Virus record (IMG/VR): IMGVR_UViG_3300021962_004757
Span: 1 to 37,636 of that record
Strand: one strand, 5' to 3'
Origin: a virus
Lineage: Duplodnaviria > Caudoviricetes
DNA: 37,636 bases
Position 1 is the stretch's first letter. Each line of letters opens with the position of its first letter. A model generated the notes under the pieces. It was not told where the DNA came from. It made no database searches and saw only the letters and a list, made by a program, of their open reading frames with translations. The position numbers and the translations under genes were made by a program. Below, piece after piece: positions 1 through 9,005 of the stretch.

Positions 1-206
1 ATCTTGATGAACTTGATTTTAGTCTGATAGTCTAATGGATTTTTCTTAGCGTCTTGTGTTTGGCTCAAAAATATCTTATAGTCACGACCTGCATTCTCTG
101 TAGCATTCAATAGAGCTTCGTGCCCTACAGTTGGTGGATTCATCCTACCAAAAGTAAAGGCAACGTGTTTGCCTTCTGCCTCAGATAATATCTCGAAAAT
201 TCTCAT
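1..206 (-). CDS. Cytidyltransferase-like (HxGH nucleotidyltransferase) phage protein, runs off the window edge
   Basis: Manual translation from ATG 206: MRIFEILSEAEGKHVAFTFGRMNPPTVGHEALL...KKNPLDY; FGRxNPPTxGH motif; TAATG overlap with the upstream gene; not in the ORF track. Confidence 0.8.
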   Translation of the reverse strand, partial: MRIFEILSEAEGKHVAFTFGRMNPPTVGHEALLNATENAGRDYKIFLSQTQDAKKNPLDYQTKIKFIK

Positions 207-541
207 TAGTTGTTGTAATCGCCTTTCTGCATATGTCGCTCTTGTTCGCTACATATCTTTTTCGCTAGTTCTATTAAACTTTCTTTAGGAAACTTTTCCT
301 GTGCGTCTTCTACGCTGTACTTGTCACAGTATGCTTCTAAGCAACGCTCTACAGGTTTCATATACAATTTGTACGCTTCTGGATGTCCTTGATAACCACT
401 GTGTTTTTTAACAGCGGGAAATAGATACTGAGAAAGCAAACGCTCATCATTGTCCATGAAAAATTTTAAATCACCCATCCAATCTATTTCTTTTTCTGCT
501 TCGTTAGGTGCGCCTATTGGCGAAAACATTTCTCTCAGCAT
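206..541 (-). CDS. Hypothetical phage protein
   Basis: ORF track 206..562; start re-assigned to ATG 541 (MLREMF) because it overlaps the upstream stop as TAATG. Confidence 0.7.
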   Translation of the reverse strand: MLREMFSPIGAPNEAEKEIDWMGDLKFFMDNDERLLSQYLFPAVKKHSGYQGHPEAYKLYMKPVERCLEAYCDKYSVEDAQEKFPKESLIELAKKICSEQERHMQKGDYNN

Positions 542-1464
542 TACCATTTTCTGCAACTCCAATATCTTGCTTTATGTCTCGGTCCCGGTGAAGCACAGTT
601 GTGTCTAGCACGGAAACTTTTACGTCTAGCAGGATTAGACTTTTTGATACGCATGTTAGGATCACCAAAATTAACTTTGACTACATTGCCTTTAGGATTC
701 TTAACATACACTTTGAATTTTTTAACATCACCTTGCATCGGTTTGCCTAGTGGAACTTTGCGTCCTTGGTATTCTGCTTCTTTTACTTTATCTTCTTTTT
801 CTTTTCTTTCATCAGGAGTAGGAATACGTATCTCACCTTTAGCGAATTTCTTGCGTGTCTCGACATCGTCTAACGCTTTCATCAAACGCATTCTCGCTGA
901 TGACTCTTTACCTTCCAGAGCCATTTTCATTTCGTCTTTGCTCTTTCCGTATTTTTCTTTGAACTCTGCATCGGAAAGTTCTTTTAGATCCATAGCGACA
1001 TCTTTCATCTTGCCTTCGTCTAGATCCTCTTTCTTGACGCAGTTTGGAACTCTTTTACCAAAATGTGTTTTCATGCCTTTCTTTTCATAGCCTTTCCAAC
1101 AACGTGTGCCTTCTTCAATCTCGCCTTCATGCATTAATACATTATTAGATTGTAACACATCTATGGCATATTCGTCAAGTTCTATTACGATACCGTCTTC
1201 TAGAATATCAACGATTTCAGACACTAGTTCTAAATCTTCAGTGAAACTGATACCGAATTCGTCACCGATCTCAAAAACCCCTTTAGCCTTGGCTTCACGT
1301 TCTAAGTCTTGTTTGCGTTGTTGTACAGCATCCTTATCTATCTTAGGATTCATTTCTAAATCGTATAGGGCTTTCTTTTTTGCTTCGTAATCCGCTTTAG
1401 GATCTTTAGGATCTAATGCTGATTCATTAACTATAGAATCTAATTTTGATAATAGGTCTCTCAT
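541..1464 (-). CDS. Modular charged phage protein, possible internal head protein
   Basis: 307 aa; CWKGY...GKRVPNCVK module and basic C-terminal NFGDPNM...RRKSFRARHNC...YWSCRKW module; TAAATA upstream. Confidence 0.7.
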   Translation of the reverse strand: MRDLLSKLDSIVNESALDPKDPKADYEAKKKALYDLEMNPKIDKDAVQQRKQDLEREAKAKGVFEIGDEFGISFTEDLELVSEIVDILEDGIVIELDEYAIDVLQSNNVLMHEGEIEEGTRCWKGYEKKGMKTHFGKRVPNCVKKEDLDEGKMKDVAMDLKELSDAEFKEKYGKSKDEMKMALEGKESSARMRLMKALDDVETRKKFAKGEIRIPTPDERKEKEDKVKEAEYQGRKVPLGKPMQGDVKKFKVYVKNPKGNVVKVNFGDPNMRIKKSNPARRKSFRARHNCASPGPRHKARYWSCRKW

Positions 1465-1514
1465 AATACAGTTCTTTTTTATTGAATGATACTGTATTTA
1501 GCCTATTTTAGAGC

Positions 1515-1883
1515 TTAGTGGAAAAATCTAATTGAGTTTATAATGCCGTTTTGTAGGTTATATGCGGCTCTGATCCATACAAACTTGCCAGTAAATGTAC
1601 GTGATGTAATATATTGTCCGAGTCCGTCACCGTCAAATATTGTGCTGTCCCCGCCTAATTCTGTGTTATCTATGTCAAACCAATCTGTATCCCCTGGATA
1701 GTCTGCTAGACTGCCTTGAAACTTAATAGTACCGGAAAATGAATTAACATCATAGACAGCGGTATGAACACCATCACCTTTTTTATGATATCCTGCTCCT
1801 TTTGCTTTATCGCTATAGGTGAAAGAAGAATCAGTCGCTTCAGTGGTTATATTAGATATTAATACTGTGGTTTCGTTTGCCAT
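1515..1883 (-). CDS. Hypothetical protein, possibly virion-associated
   Basis: 122-aa ORF, beta-rich composition, TAAATA 5 nt before the ATG. Confidence 0.65.
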   Translation of the reverse strand: MANETTVLISNITTEATDSSFTYSDKAKGAGYHKKGDGVHTAVYDVNSFSGTIKFQGSLADYPGDTDWFDIDNTELGGDSTIFDGDGLGQYITSRTFTGKFVWIRAAYNLQNGIINSIRFFH

Positions 1884-1887
1884 AGTA

Positions 1888-2574
1888 TTATTTATCGCTT
1901 AAAACGAATTCATATACCGAGCCAACTACTTCAGGATTGCGCAGACGCAGTAGCATCAACGTATTTTTATCTTCTACCAACACGTATCTACGATCCCAGT
2001 TCCAGTTTGTCTTCATTATCCAGCGTTCTACGGCATTGGTACAAGTGATGCGAGGACTCTGTGATCTCAACCAGTCTATGTATTTTGATTTGGCGGTATC
2101 GTCTTTGTTGAATTTATGTGGAAGTAGATAGACCCTATAGTGATACTTGTTGTGGGGATATCTGTCTGAGATGATTATCTTGACATCATCTTTTAATAGT
2201 TCTTTAGCTTCATCGTCTGGTTCGTAATGATGCTTTATTATATCTTGGAAATCTGAAACCAACAGCTGATAGAAAACTTCATCATTGGTATAGACATCCA
2301 TCAAGTTGTTTTCTATACGTCTTGTGTAATCTTTTGGTTCGTATCTATCAAATAAATCGCACAATGAAGTAATAGTAGCAATCACTTTTTGATTTGTCGG
2401 AGGCGAAAGATAAAGGCTGTGGGGTTGAGGAACTCCACCTGAACAGATTTTTTTGATATCAGCAGTATCGTACATCGTGAAAAGCCTTGATCCCTGTAGA
2501 TGCAGGGTGACTTTATATAACCATTTATTATAAAACTTCCTATTGGTTATCTTGACTATCGGTGATAGATTCAT
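1888..2574 (-). CDS. Hypothetical protein
   Basis: 228-aa ORF overlapping the clpA 3' end. Confidence 0.65.
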   Translation of the reverse strand: MNLSPIVKITNRKFYNKWLYKVTLHLQGSRLFTMYDTADIKKICSGGVPQPHSLYLSPPTNQKVIATITSLCDLFDRYEPKDYTRRIENNLMDVYTNDEVFYQLLVSDFQDIIKHHYEPDDEAKELLKDDVKIIISDRYPHNKYHYRVYLLPHKFNKDDTAKSKYIDWLRSQSPRITCTNAVERWIMKTNWNWDRRYVLVEDKNTLMLLRLRNPEVVGSVYEFVLSDK

Positions 2575-4894
2575 TTTTCTTTTTTTCCTCTAACTTAGAG
2601 GCTTTAAGTGCTTTTTTTTCTGCTTTAGTTAAAGGTTTAGGAATTTCTTCAAATTCGAATGTCGGTTCGTTATCTGTTATACTAACATTAACTTTTCCAC
2701 CATCTACTAATCCTCCGAATAATACTTCGCGACTTAAAGGAGATTTAATCTTATTATCAATTAGTCTACCTAATGGTCTAGCACCCATTTTTTTATCGTA
2801 TCCTTTTTTAGACAACCAATCGATAGCATCATTGTTTAACGAAATTAAAATGTTTTTATCTTTAAGTTGTTCGTTTAGATCACCGATAAATTTCTTAACA
2901 ATCTGTTTTACAATATCACTAGATAACCCTGTAAATTTAATTGTAGCATCTAATCTGTTACGGAATTCTGGAGCAAAGAATTTTTTAACTGCTTTATCAT
3001 CCTCTCCTTCCTTGTCCAGGTCACCAAAGCCTATGGTATTGTTTTCACTGTCACGAGCACCTAGATTTGATGTCATAATGAGGATACAGTTCCTACCATC
3101 TGCTTGCTTACCATTAGATCCTGTAACAAACCCATTATCCATAAACTGTAGCAAAATGTTAGTTACATCAGCGTGTGCTTTTTCAATCTCATCTAACAAT
3201 AAGATACAGTTAGGAGTTTCTTGTAGTTTGGTGATTAATTGCCCAGCATTATCGTCATAGCCAACATATCCTGGAGGAGCACCTATAAGTCTGGCTACCG
3301 AGTGTTTCTCTTGATATTCACTCATATCAAATCTAACTAACGGCATACCCATTTTATCGCTTAACTGTCTGGCTGTTTCGGTTTTACCGCATCCAGTAGG
3401 ACCCACGAACAAGAATGAACCGATAGGTTTGTTAGGTTCTTTCATACCTGCCTGTGCCACGAAAATTTTATCACACAATACATCTACAGCCCCATCTTGT
3501 CCGAATACAACACCTTTCAAATTTTTCTCTAGATCAGATAAGTTTTTGCTTTCTTTCTGAGCTACAGTTTCTAATGGCATCTGTATCATTTTACTAAGCT
3601 CATAAGTAATCTGTTCGATATCTACTATTTGTGTTACTCCTTCTGTCTCAGGATCATCTTTAAGTTTATATCTAGCTGAAGCACAGTCTATGATATCAAT
3701 AGCCTTATCTGGTAATTTTTTATCACTCATATATTTTACAGAAAGTTTAACCGCCTGATCGATAGCCGCATCTGAAATTTTAACATTATGATGATCTTCA
3801 TAATATTTTCTAAGACCTTTAAGTATCTTAATTGTTAATTCGGGAGTAGGTTCATCGACACTTATTCTTTGGAATCTGCGCATCAATGCACGATCCTTTT
3901 CAAAGTGTTTTCTGTATTCTTCCCAAGTAGTTGATGCTATTAGTTTTATAATACCTTTTGTTAGTATAGGTTTTAACATATTAGCTAAATCGTTTGATTT
4001 ATCACCACTAGATGCCCCAGCACCATTCATCATATGTGCTTCATCTATAAACAGGATGATCTTACCTTTTTTCTCTAAAGCGTTGAGTACCTGTTTAACA
4101 CGTTCTTCGAAATCACCTCTATACTTACTACCTGCTAACATAGCACTGATATCTAAAGTATATACTTGATGATCCGCAACAAACTTAGGAACCTTACCTT
4201 CGAATATCTTTCTAGCGATGCCTTCAGCGATAGCAGTTTTACCTACACCTGGTTCGCCTACCATTAACACATTTGATTTATTCCTACGTGCTAATACTAA
4301 TAACATATCTTCTATTTCTTGTTCTCTACCGATAACAGGGTCAATAGTTTTTTGTTTTGCTTTAAGGCTTAAATTAACACAATATTGATTAAGAATTTTA
4401 TCAAAGTTAGATCCTCTAGGTCTATGTTCCATAGCCTCTGGTAGGAAATCCTCTTCTTCAATTGTTAGATTTTCTTGGAAGAATTTAATAAATTTTTCTT
4501 TGGTAACTCCTCCTTTTATAAGGAAGTAATGTCCAAAACTATTTTTTTCAGATAGTATACTAACTATAACATCGGCAATTTCCATTGTTTGCCTGCCGCT
4601 GAATAATACTTGAGTGAAACATCGATTTAATACACGCTCTACTGAATTTGTTTTTTTAGGTTTAGTTTCTTTTTCAGACATTATGTCTTTAAGGTTATTT
4701 TTAATATAATGAGAAACATTTGATTTAATAAACTCTGAATCAGCTCCATAACTTTTTAATAAATTAAATGATTCTTCGTCATTCATAATGCTACAAAGAA
4801 GATGTTCTATGGTAATGTATTCGTGTTTATTTTCTTTTGCGATCGTTATTGCATTTTCAAATACATTTTTTAAATTATCACTTGGCTCTATCAT
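2540..4894 (-). CDS. clpA: ClpA-type Clp protease ATP-binding subunit
   Basis: Clp N-domain (HEYITIEHLL), two Walker A (GEPGVGKT, GPTGCGKT), Walker B (FIDEAH, LLDEIEK), pore loops KYRG and GYVG, IGF loop, no ClpB middle domain. Confidence 0.95.
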   Translation of the reverse strand: MIEPSDNLKNVFENAITIAKENKHEYITIEHLLCSIMNDEESFNLLKSYGADSEFIKSNVSHYIKNNLKDIMSEKETKPKKTNSVERVLNRCFTQVLFSGRQTMEIADVIVSILSEKNSFGHYFLIKGGVTKEKFIKFFQENLTIEEEDFLPEAMEHRPRGSNFDKILNQYCVNLSLKAKQKTIDPVIGREQEIEDMLLVLARRNKSNVLMVGEPGVGKTAIAEGIARKIFEGKVPKFVADHQVYTLDISAMLAGSKYRGDFEERVKQVLNALEKKGKIILFIDEAHMMNGAGASSGDKSNDLANMLKPILTKGIIKLIASTTWEEYRKHFEKDRALMRRFQRISVDEPTPELTIKILKGLRKYYEDHHNVKISDAAIDQAVKLSVKYMSDKKLPDKAIDIIDCASARYKLKDDPETEGVTQIVDIEQITYELSKMIQMPLETVAQKESKNLSDLEKNLKGVVFGQDGAVDVLCDKIFVAQAGMKEPNKPIGSFLFVGPTGCGKTETARQLSDKMGMPLVRFDMSEYQEKHSVARLIGAPPGYVGYDDNAGQLITKLQETPNCILLLDEIEKAHADVTNILLQFMDNGFVTGSNGKQADGRNCILIMTSNLGARDSENNTIGFGDLDKEGEDDKAVKKFFAPEFRNRLDATIKFTGLSSDIVKQIVKKFIGDLNEQLKDKNILISLNNDAIDWLSKKGYDKKMGARPLGRLIDNKIKSPLSREVLFGGLVDGGKVNVSITDNEPTFEFEEIPKPLTKAEKKALKASKLEEKKKNESITDSQDNQ

Positions 4895-5384
4895 TTAATT
4901 TCCTTAGTTTCTTATATGCTAATTGTAACTTCAATTGACTAACTCTGTCAACAAAACAAATTCCATTTAAATGATCAAATTCGTGTTGAAAACATTTACT
5001 TAGATAGCCTTCCAATTTAGATTCTTGCCAATCACCTTTTGAGTCTTGCCATTGTGCTACGATCCATTCTGGTCTTTTTACTTTTAATAACAATCCTGGA
5101 TAGCTTAAACAGCCTTCGGTGTCTATTATTGTATCCTTGCTGGCATCTAATATAACAGGATTAAACACAGCAAAAGGTTTTGGAAACCCTGGTGCAGACT
5201 CATTACCTATTGTAAACACACGTTTAGTTAAATTTATCTGATTAGCGGCTAATCCTATGCCATTGTTATCAATCATAAATTTTATCATATCGCTTTCTAG
5301 TTTTTCAGAATCTCCATCTGTAGCGAAATTCCAATCAGTACTGGCTTGTGATAATGAATCGTGTTGTTTTAAATTAAATTCCAT
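4878..5384 (-). CDS. def: Peptide deformylase
   Basis: GIGLAANQ, EGCLS and QHEFDH motifs. Confidence 0.96.
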   Translation of the reverse strand: MEFNLKQHDSLSQASTDWNFATDGDSEKLESDMIKFMIDNNGIGLAANQINLTKRVFTIGNESAPGFPKPFAVFNPVILDASKDTIIDTEGCLSYPGLLLKVKRPEWIVAQWQDSKGDWQESKLEGYLSKCFQHEFDHLNGICFVDRVSQLKLQLAYKKLRKLNDRAK

Positions 5385-6204
5385 TCTGTATTCTATATAA
5401 TAATTGTTTTTGTTGTTCAGTGAGTTCTCTTGGTATGCTTACTTTAATCCTAACATACAAATTTCCTCGTTGTTTAGATCGCATATTAGGTAGTCCTTCG
5501 CCTTTACAACTCAACACTGTCTCAGGCTGAGTTCCAGGTGGTACGGTTATATTTAATTTTTTTCCATCTAACGTAATAATTTCTAAAGATGTACCTAAAA
5601 TTGCATCCCATACCCGGATAGGATAATCCACAACTAAATTATCACCATCTCTTTTAAATCTTCTGTGATTTCTAATTAGCACATTAACTAAAAGATCTCC
5701 GGGTTTAGCATTAGATATGCTATTATCTCCCATACCACTATATCTAATTTGTTGTCCGTGATGTATTCCTGGTGGAATTTCGATGGTGATATAATTCTTT
5801 TTACCGCCCGGTATTCCTACTTCTGCATTGATCTCTTTACCAGTTAATATATCTTCAAGTTCAATATTAACATTAATATTAAAACTTTTGTTTCTTGCTG
5901 GTCTTCTTCCTCCGAATCCAAATGATTCAAAGATGTCGTCCATATTGCCTGTATTAAAATGGAATTCAAAAGGATTACCTTGGTGTCTATAATTACCTTG
6001 CTGGCGATTAGGATCTACACCCATGTCAAACATCTGTCTCTTTTCAGGATCGCTTAACGTGCGATAGGCTTCTTCGACTTCCTTGAATGTCTTCTCATCA
6101 CCACCGCGATCAGGATGATGCTTCATAGCCATGCTACGATAGGCTTTCTTTATTTCATCATCTGATGCGCCACGTTTGACGCCTAGTGTTTGATAGTAAT
6201 CCAT
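5374..6204 (-). CDS. dnaJ: Class II J-domain chaperone (DnaJ/CbpA-like, no zinc finger)
   Basis: DYYQTLGV...HHPD J-domain, G/F-rich linker, C-terminal GDLLV/GEGLP/RGNLYV domains. Confidence 0.92.
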   Translation of the reverse strand: MDYYQTLGVKRGASDDEIKKAYRSMAMKHHPDRGGDEKTFKEVEEAYRTLSDPEKRQMFDMGVDPNRQQGNYRHQGNPFEFHFNTGNMDDIFESFGFGGRRPARNKSFNINVNIELEDILTGKEINAEVGIPGGKKNYITIEIPPGIHHGQQIRYSGMGDNSISNAKPGDLLVNVLIRNHRRFKRDGDNLVVDYPIRVWDAILGTSLEIITLDGKKLNITVPPGTQPETVLSCKGEGLPNMRSKQRGNLYVRIKVSIPRELTEQQKQLLYRIQNGI

Positions 6205-6213
6205 AGTCTTTAT

Positions 6214-6242
6214 ATTATACGAAAAAAATAGGACTGTGTCAA
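6214..6242 (-). promoter_or_regulatory. Consensus sigma70 promoter for dnaJ-def-clpA
   Basis: TTGACA (6242-6237), 17-nt spacer, TATAAT (6219-6214); ATG at 6204. Confidence 0.9.
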
Positions 6243-6251
6243 GCAGTCCTA
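6222..6251 (-). terminator. Intrinsic terminator after the lysis/lipoprotein genes
   Basis: Stem TAGGACTG/CAGTCCTA, 7-nt loop, followed by T7 on the minus strand. Confidence 0.85.
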
Positions 6252-6279
6252 AGTATTTAACAAGATTTACTGAGCAGTA

Positions 6280-6564
6280 CTATTTCTTGATTTTAGTACC
6301 TTCGTGCTTTTTATGCTTAGTGATAACGCGGCATTTTTCTTTGCCATTAATTACCACACAGACTTTTTCTTTGTAAGGAACAAACTTTTCTTCTTTTGGT
6401 TCAGCGGCCGGGTTAGGCTTAGGTTCCTCTTTAGGTTCTTCTTTGATTGTTTTTTCAGCGGCTACGATGCTCTTGATCGGAGCAGGATCATCAGCTGAAC
6501 AGGAACTTAAAACAAATATTACACATAGTATTACAAATATTATTCCGAAAGTTTCCTTGGTCAT
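6280..6564 (-). CDS. Putative lipoprotein
   Basis: Hydrophobic signal with LSSC lipobox, P/E/K-rich linker. Confidence 0.65.
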   Translation of the reverse strand: MTKETFGIIFVILCVIFVLSSCSADDPAPIKSIVAAEKTIKEEPKEEPKPNPAAEPKEEKFVPYKEKVCVVINGKEKCRVITKHKKHEGTKIKK

Positions 6565-6809
6565 TTTTGTTGCTCCAATTTATAGTTGATGGGCCTGTTC
6601 CATTTAATCACTGTTGTGAGTTTGGTATAGTAATCTTTGAACACTAGACAGTTTTCACTCTTTTCACTGAACCAACATATTTCAGCTACGTGAGGTTCGC
6701 GGTTGATCCAATAGGTTAATTTTACTTTCCTACGGAATAATCTTATAAGCCAATTAAGATGCTTTGGCGGTTCTAAGATATCATCAGTTTCCATTTTCGT
6801 TGCTTTCAT
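6561..6809 (-). CDS. Hypothetical protein
   Basis: 82-aa ORF with ATGA overlap to the next gene. Confidence 0.55.
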   Translation of the reverse strand: MKATKMETDDILEPPKHLNWLIRLFRRKVKLTYWINREPHVAEICWFSEKSENCLVFKDYYTKLTTVIKWNRPINYKLEQQK

Positions 6810-7200
6810 AGTATTCTTTATACTTGACTATGATTTGTTTCTGTGTAGCAAGTATAGTCCTTAAGTCGGCTATAGTAAGGCTTAGATCTCTATAATCGTC
6901 GGAAGTCAATCCAAATAAAACAACATATCTACCATCCGCTTCTAACTGTGAAAATACTTCGTCGGCATTCTCTCTAGTAATTATGATCCACTCTATAGGT
7001 TTAGCATCAAGCGGTGCTGGCTCTTCGATATCGAGATGTGTTTTTTCTACTGCTTCTGTCTGTACCTTGACAGTCTTCTCTTTGTCAAAGAGACCACCAA
7101 AGCTCATACATCCTGTGAGGCTAGTTAGCGACAGCAGGATCGTAATTTGGATTAGCCAATGACGGGCATTCTCTATTGATAGTGCTTGGAGTTTTAGCAT
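6784..7200 (-). CDS. Putative o-spanin (Rz1-like lipoprotein)
   Basis: LTGC lipobox; 5' end overlaps the i-spanin candidate; downstream of the endolysin. Confidence 0.7.
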   Translation of the reverse strand: MLKLQALSIENARHWLIQITILLSLTSLTGCMSFGGLFDKEKTVKVQTEAVEKTHLDIEEPAPLDAKPIEWIIITRENADEVFSQLEADGRYVVLFGLTSDDYRDLSLTIADLRTILATQKQIIVKYKEYYESNENGN

Positions 7201-7621
7201 TTTTTTCCTCTTCTGTTAATGGTGCACCTGATGCGATTTCTAAACAACGCAGTGCGTTGATAGTACCTCTATTAATTTTCTTTTGTATCAATGCTGGTTT
7301 TTCAAAAGCCAATCTACCGATATCTCTAGCTTGTCCATCAGCACCTTCTGCGAAACGATTTTTTAGTGCGTCTGTGTCTTTGGTTTGGTTCTTAATAGTT
7401 TCGTTTAACTCATTATTGATCTGTTTAATCTGTTGTTGTTCAGCTTGTATTTTAGCTATGAGGATCTGTTGTTGCTCTAACCCATCTTCTAGTTTCTTAG
7501 AATTCTCTCTGCTGACTGCTAGATTAGCCTGTAGGTTTGAAACATAATATAATCCACCTGCTACGATACAGACTATCATCAGCATAGCAATCATCTTAAT
7601 CGCGCCACCTGCACCAAACAT
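7121..7621 (-). CDS. Putative i-spanin (Rz-like)
   Basis: N-terminal TM helix, long coiled coil, two C-terminal Cys; directly after the endolysin. Confidence 0.7.
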   Translation of the reverse strand: MFGAGGAIKMIAMLMIVCIVAGGLYYVSNLQANLAVSRENSKKLEDGLEQQQILIAKIQAEQQQIKQINNELNETIKNQTKDTDALKNRFAEGADGQARDIGRLAFEKPALIQKKINRGTINALRCLEIASGAPLTEEEKNAKTPSTINRECPSLANPNYDPAVAN

Positions 7622-7622
7622 A

Positions 7623-8252
7623 TTATACTCCTAATACTTCTAAAGCGTGAGCGTAGTGTTTCTTACGATCCTCTAAACCGATAGTACCACCGTTGATACG
7701 TTTAGTAAGGGTAAGGATATCACCTTCGTCTGCCCACTTGTTAAGGTCGTTCTGTTCCCAGAAGAAGCAAGCTGATTGTACAGCACCTTCGAATGTTTCT
7801 AGATATTCTGGAACATCTTCTACGTCCATATCCAATGATGCCGCGAACCAAGTATAGTTCTCTCTGCCTGTCAATTGGATGAGACCTCTACCACAGAATT
7901 TCCAACCATCGCCTGAATCAGTGTCACCGTTGCCCATCCTGCTGGCATAAACTACGTTAGCGATTTTCTCTGGCTGTCTATGATAATCTTCTGCATCGCG
8001 TCCAGCGTTCTTGAAATATTTTGGAAACACTCTATCTAATGCTTCTGCTGAATAGTTTAGATTTTCTTTGAGCCATTTAAAGTTACCTGACTCGTGTGCG
8101 CATTGTGCGATAAATGCCGCTAATCTTTCTTTGGTATTGATTTCGTACTCTGGACAAATCTTAGAAATAGCTTCGTGCCATTCTGTGAGCTTGTCGTGAT
8201 CGCCGATAAGTTCTTTTAAATGCTCTTTTGTGAAATCAAAATCAAATGCCAT
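7623..8252 (-). CDS. Glycoside hydrolase family 19 endolysin
   Basis: AFIAQCAHES, ENLNYS, GRGLIQLTGRENY and TKRINGG motifs. Confidence 0.93.
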   Translation of the reverse strand: MAFDFDFTKEHLKELIGDHDKLTEWHEAISKICPEYEINTKERLAAFIAQCAHESGNFKWLKENLNYSAEALDRVFPKYFKNAGRDAEDYHRQPEKIANVVYASRMGNGDTDSGDGWKFCGRGLIQLTGRENYTWFAASLDMDVEDVPEYLETFEGAVQSACFFWEQNDLNKWADEGDILTLTKRINGGTIGLEDRKKHYAHALEVLGV

Positions 8253-8255
8253 AAA

Positions 8256-9005
8256 TTAAATCCTTTGTAATATCATTGAATGTTTACCGTTATTGAAAAC
8301 AAAACCTTCATTGGTTTTTAAAATATCGTAATCGCCCATCACTTTAGTAAGCCAGAATACTTCCGCGGCTGTCTCATCATCATACACCACAGTGTTATCT
8401 GTACCTTCTAATACTGTTTCTGTGTCGCCCTCTTTAATCAATTTTAATTGTACTTTGACATCGAATGGTTTATAGAATGTTAATACATCTCCATCTATAG
8501 ATAAATCATCCATCAATGTTTTATTAAAGAAAGTTTTCAATCCTTCCACACGTACCTGTTGCATCATATTTTCATAGAGTCTAGGTGTGCTGGGAATATG
8601 TTCTCTTAGGTTTTCTTCTGTGGCTTCATAAGTTTTTTCTTGCTTATGATATTTGAATTTCCAATCTGAGATGTCTGTGAGTTTTTTGACACCGTATAAT
8701 ATTTCTTTGATATTTTCTGCTAGCTGGGGAGTACGGGATAATTCTACGAATACTGTATATTCACCGTATTCATTTTCACCTGCGGATACATCTGAATCTA
8801 GTACAAAGTCATATCCTTTTTCTATAAACTCCATCATATCTTTAGCAGGGCTTCTATCTTTTACACAGAAGCTTACTACCGCTACATCTGGATCTTCACC
8901 CATCTTAGATTTAAAAGTATCTACTTCGAAAGTATCCCAAACCATATCTTTGAGATCTTGAGGACGTAACCCTTCTTCTAGTACTTTATTCTGCTGATTG
9001 GTCAT
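8256..9005 (-). CDS. Hypothetical phage protein
   Basis: 249-aa acidic ORF co-oriented with the lysis genes. Confidence 0.7.
   Translation of the reverse strand: MTNQQNKVLEEGLRPQDLKDMVWDTFEVDTFKSKMGEDPDVAVVSFCVKDRSPAKDMMEFIEKGYDFVLDSDVSAGENEYGEYTVFVELSRTPQLAENIKEILYGVKKLTDISDWKFKYHKQEKTYEATEENLREHIPSTPRLYENMMQQVRVEGLKTFFNKTLMDDLSIDGDVLTFYKPFDVKVQLKLIKEGDTETVLEGTDNTVVYDDETAAEVFWLTKVMGDYDILKTNEGFVFNNGKHSMILQRI

Noticed and set aside
1466-1497. Inverted repeat ATACAGT...ACTGTAT
   Set aside because: Short AT-rich arms with an 18-nt loop; compatible with chance
6385-6445. KEEPKEEPKPNP repeats in the lipoprotein
   Set aside because: Ordinary low-complexity periplasmic linker
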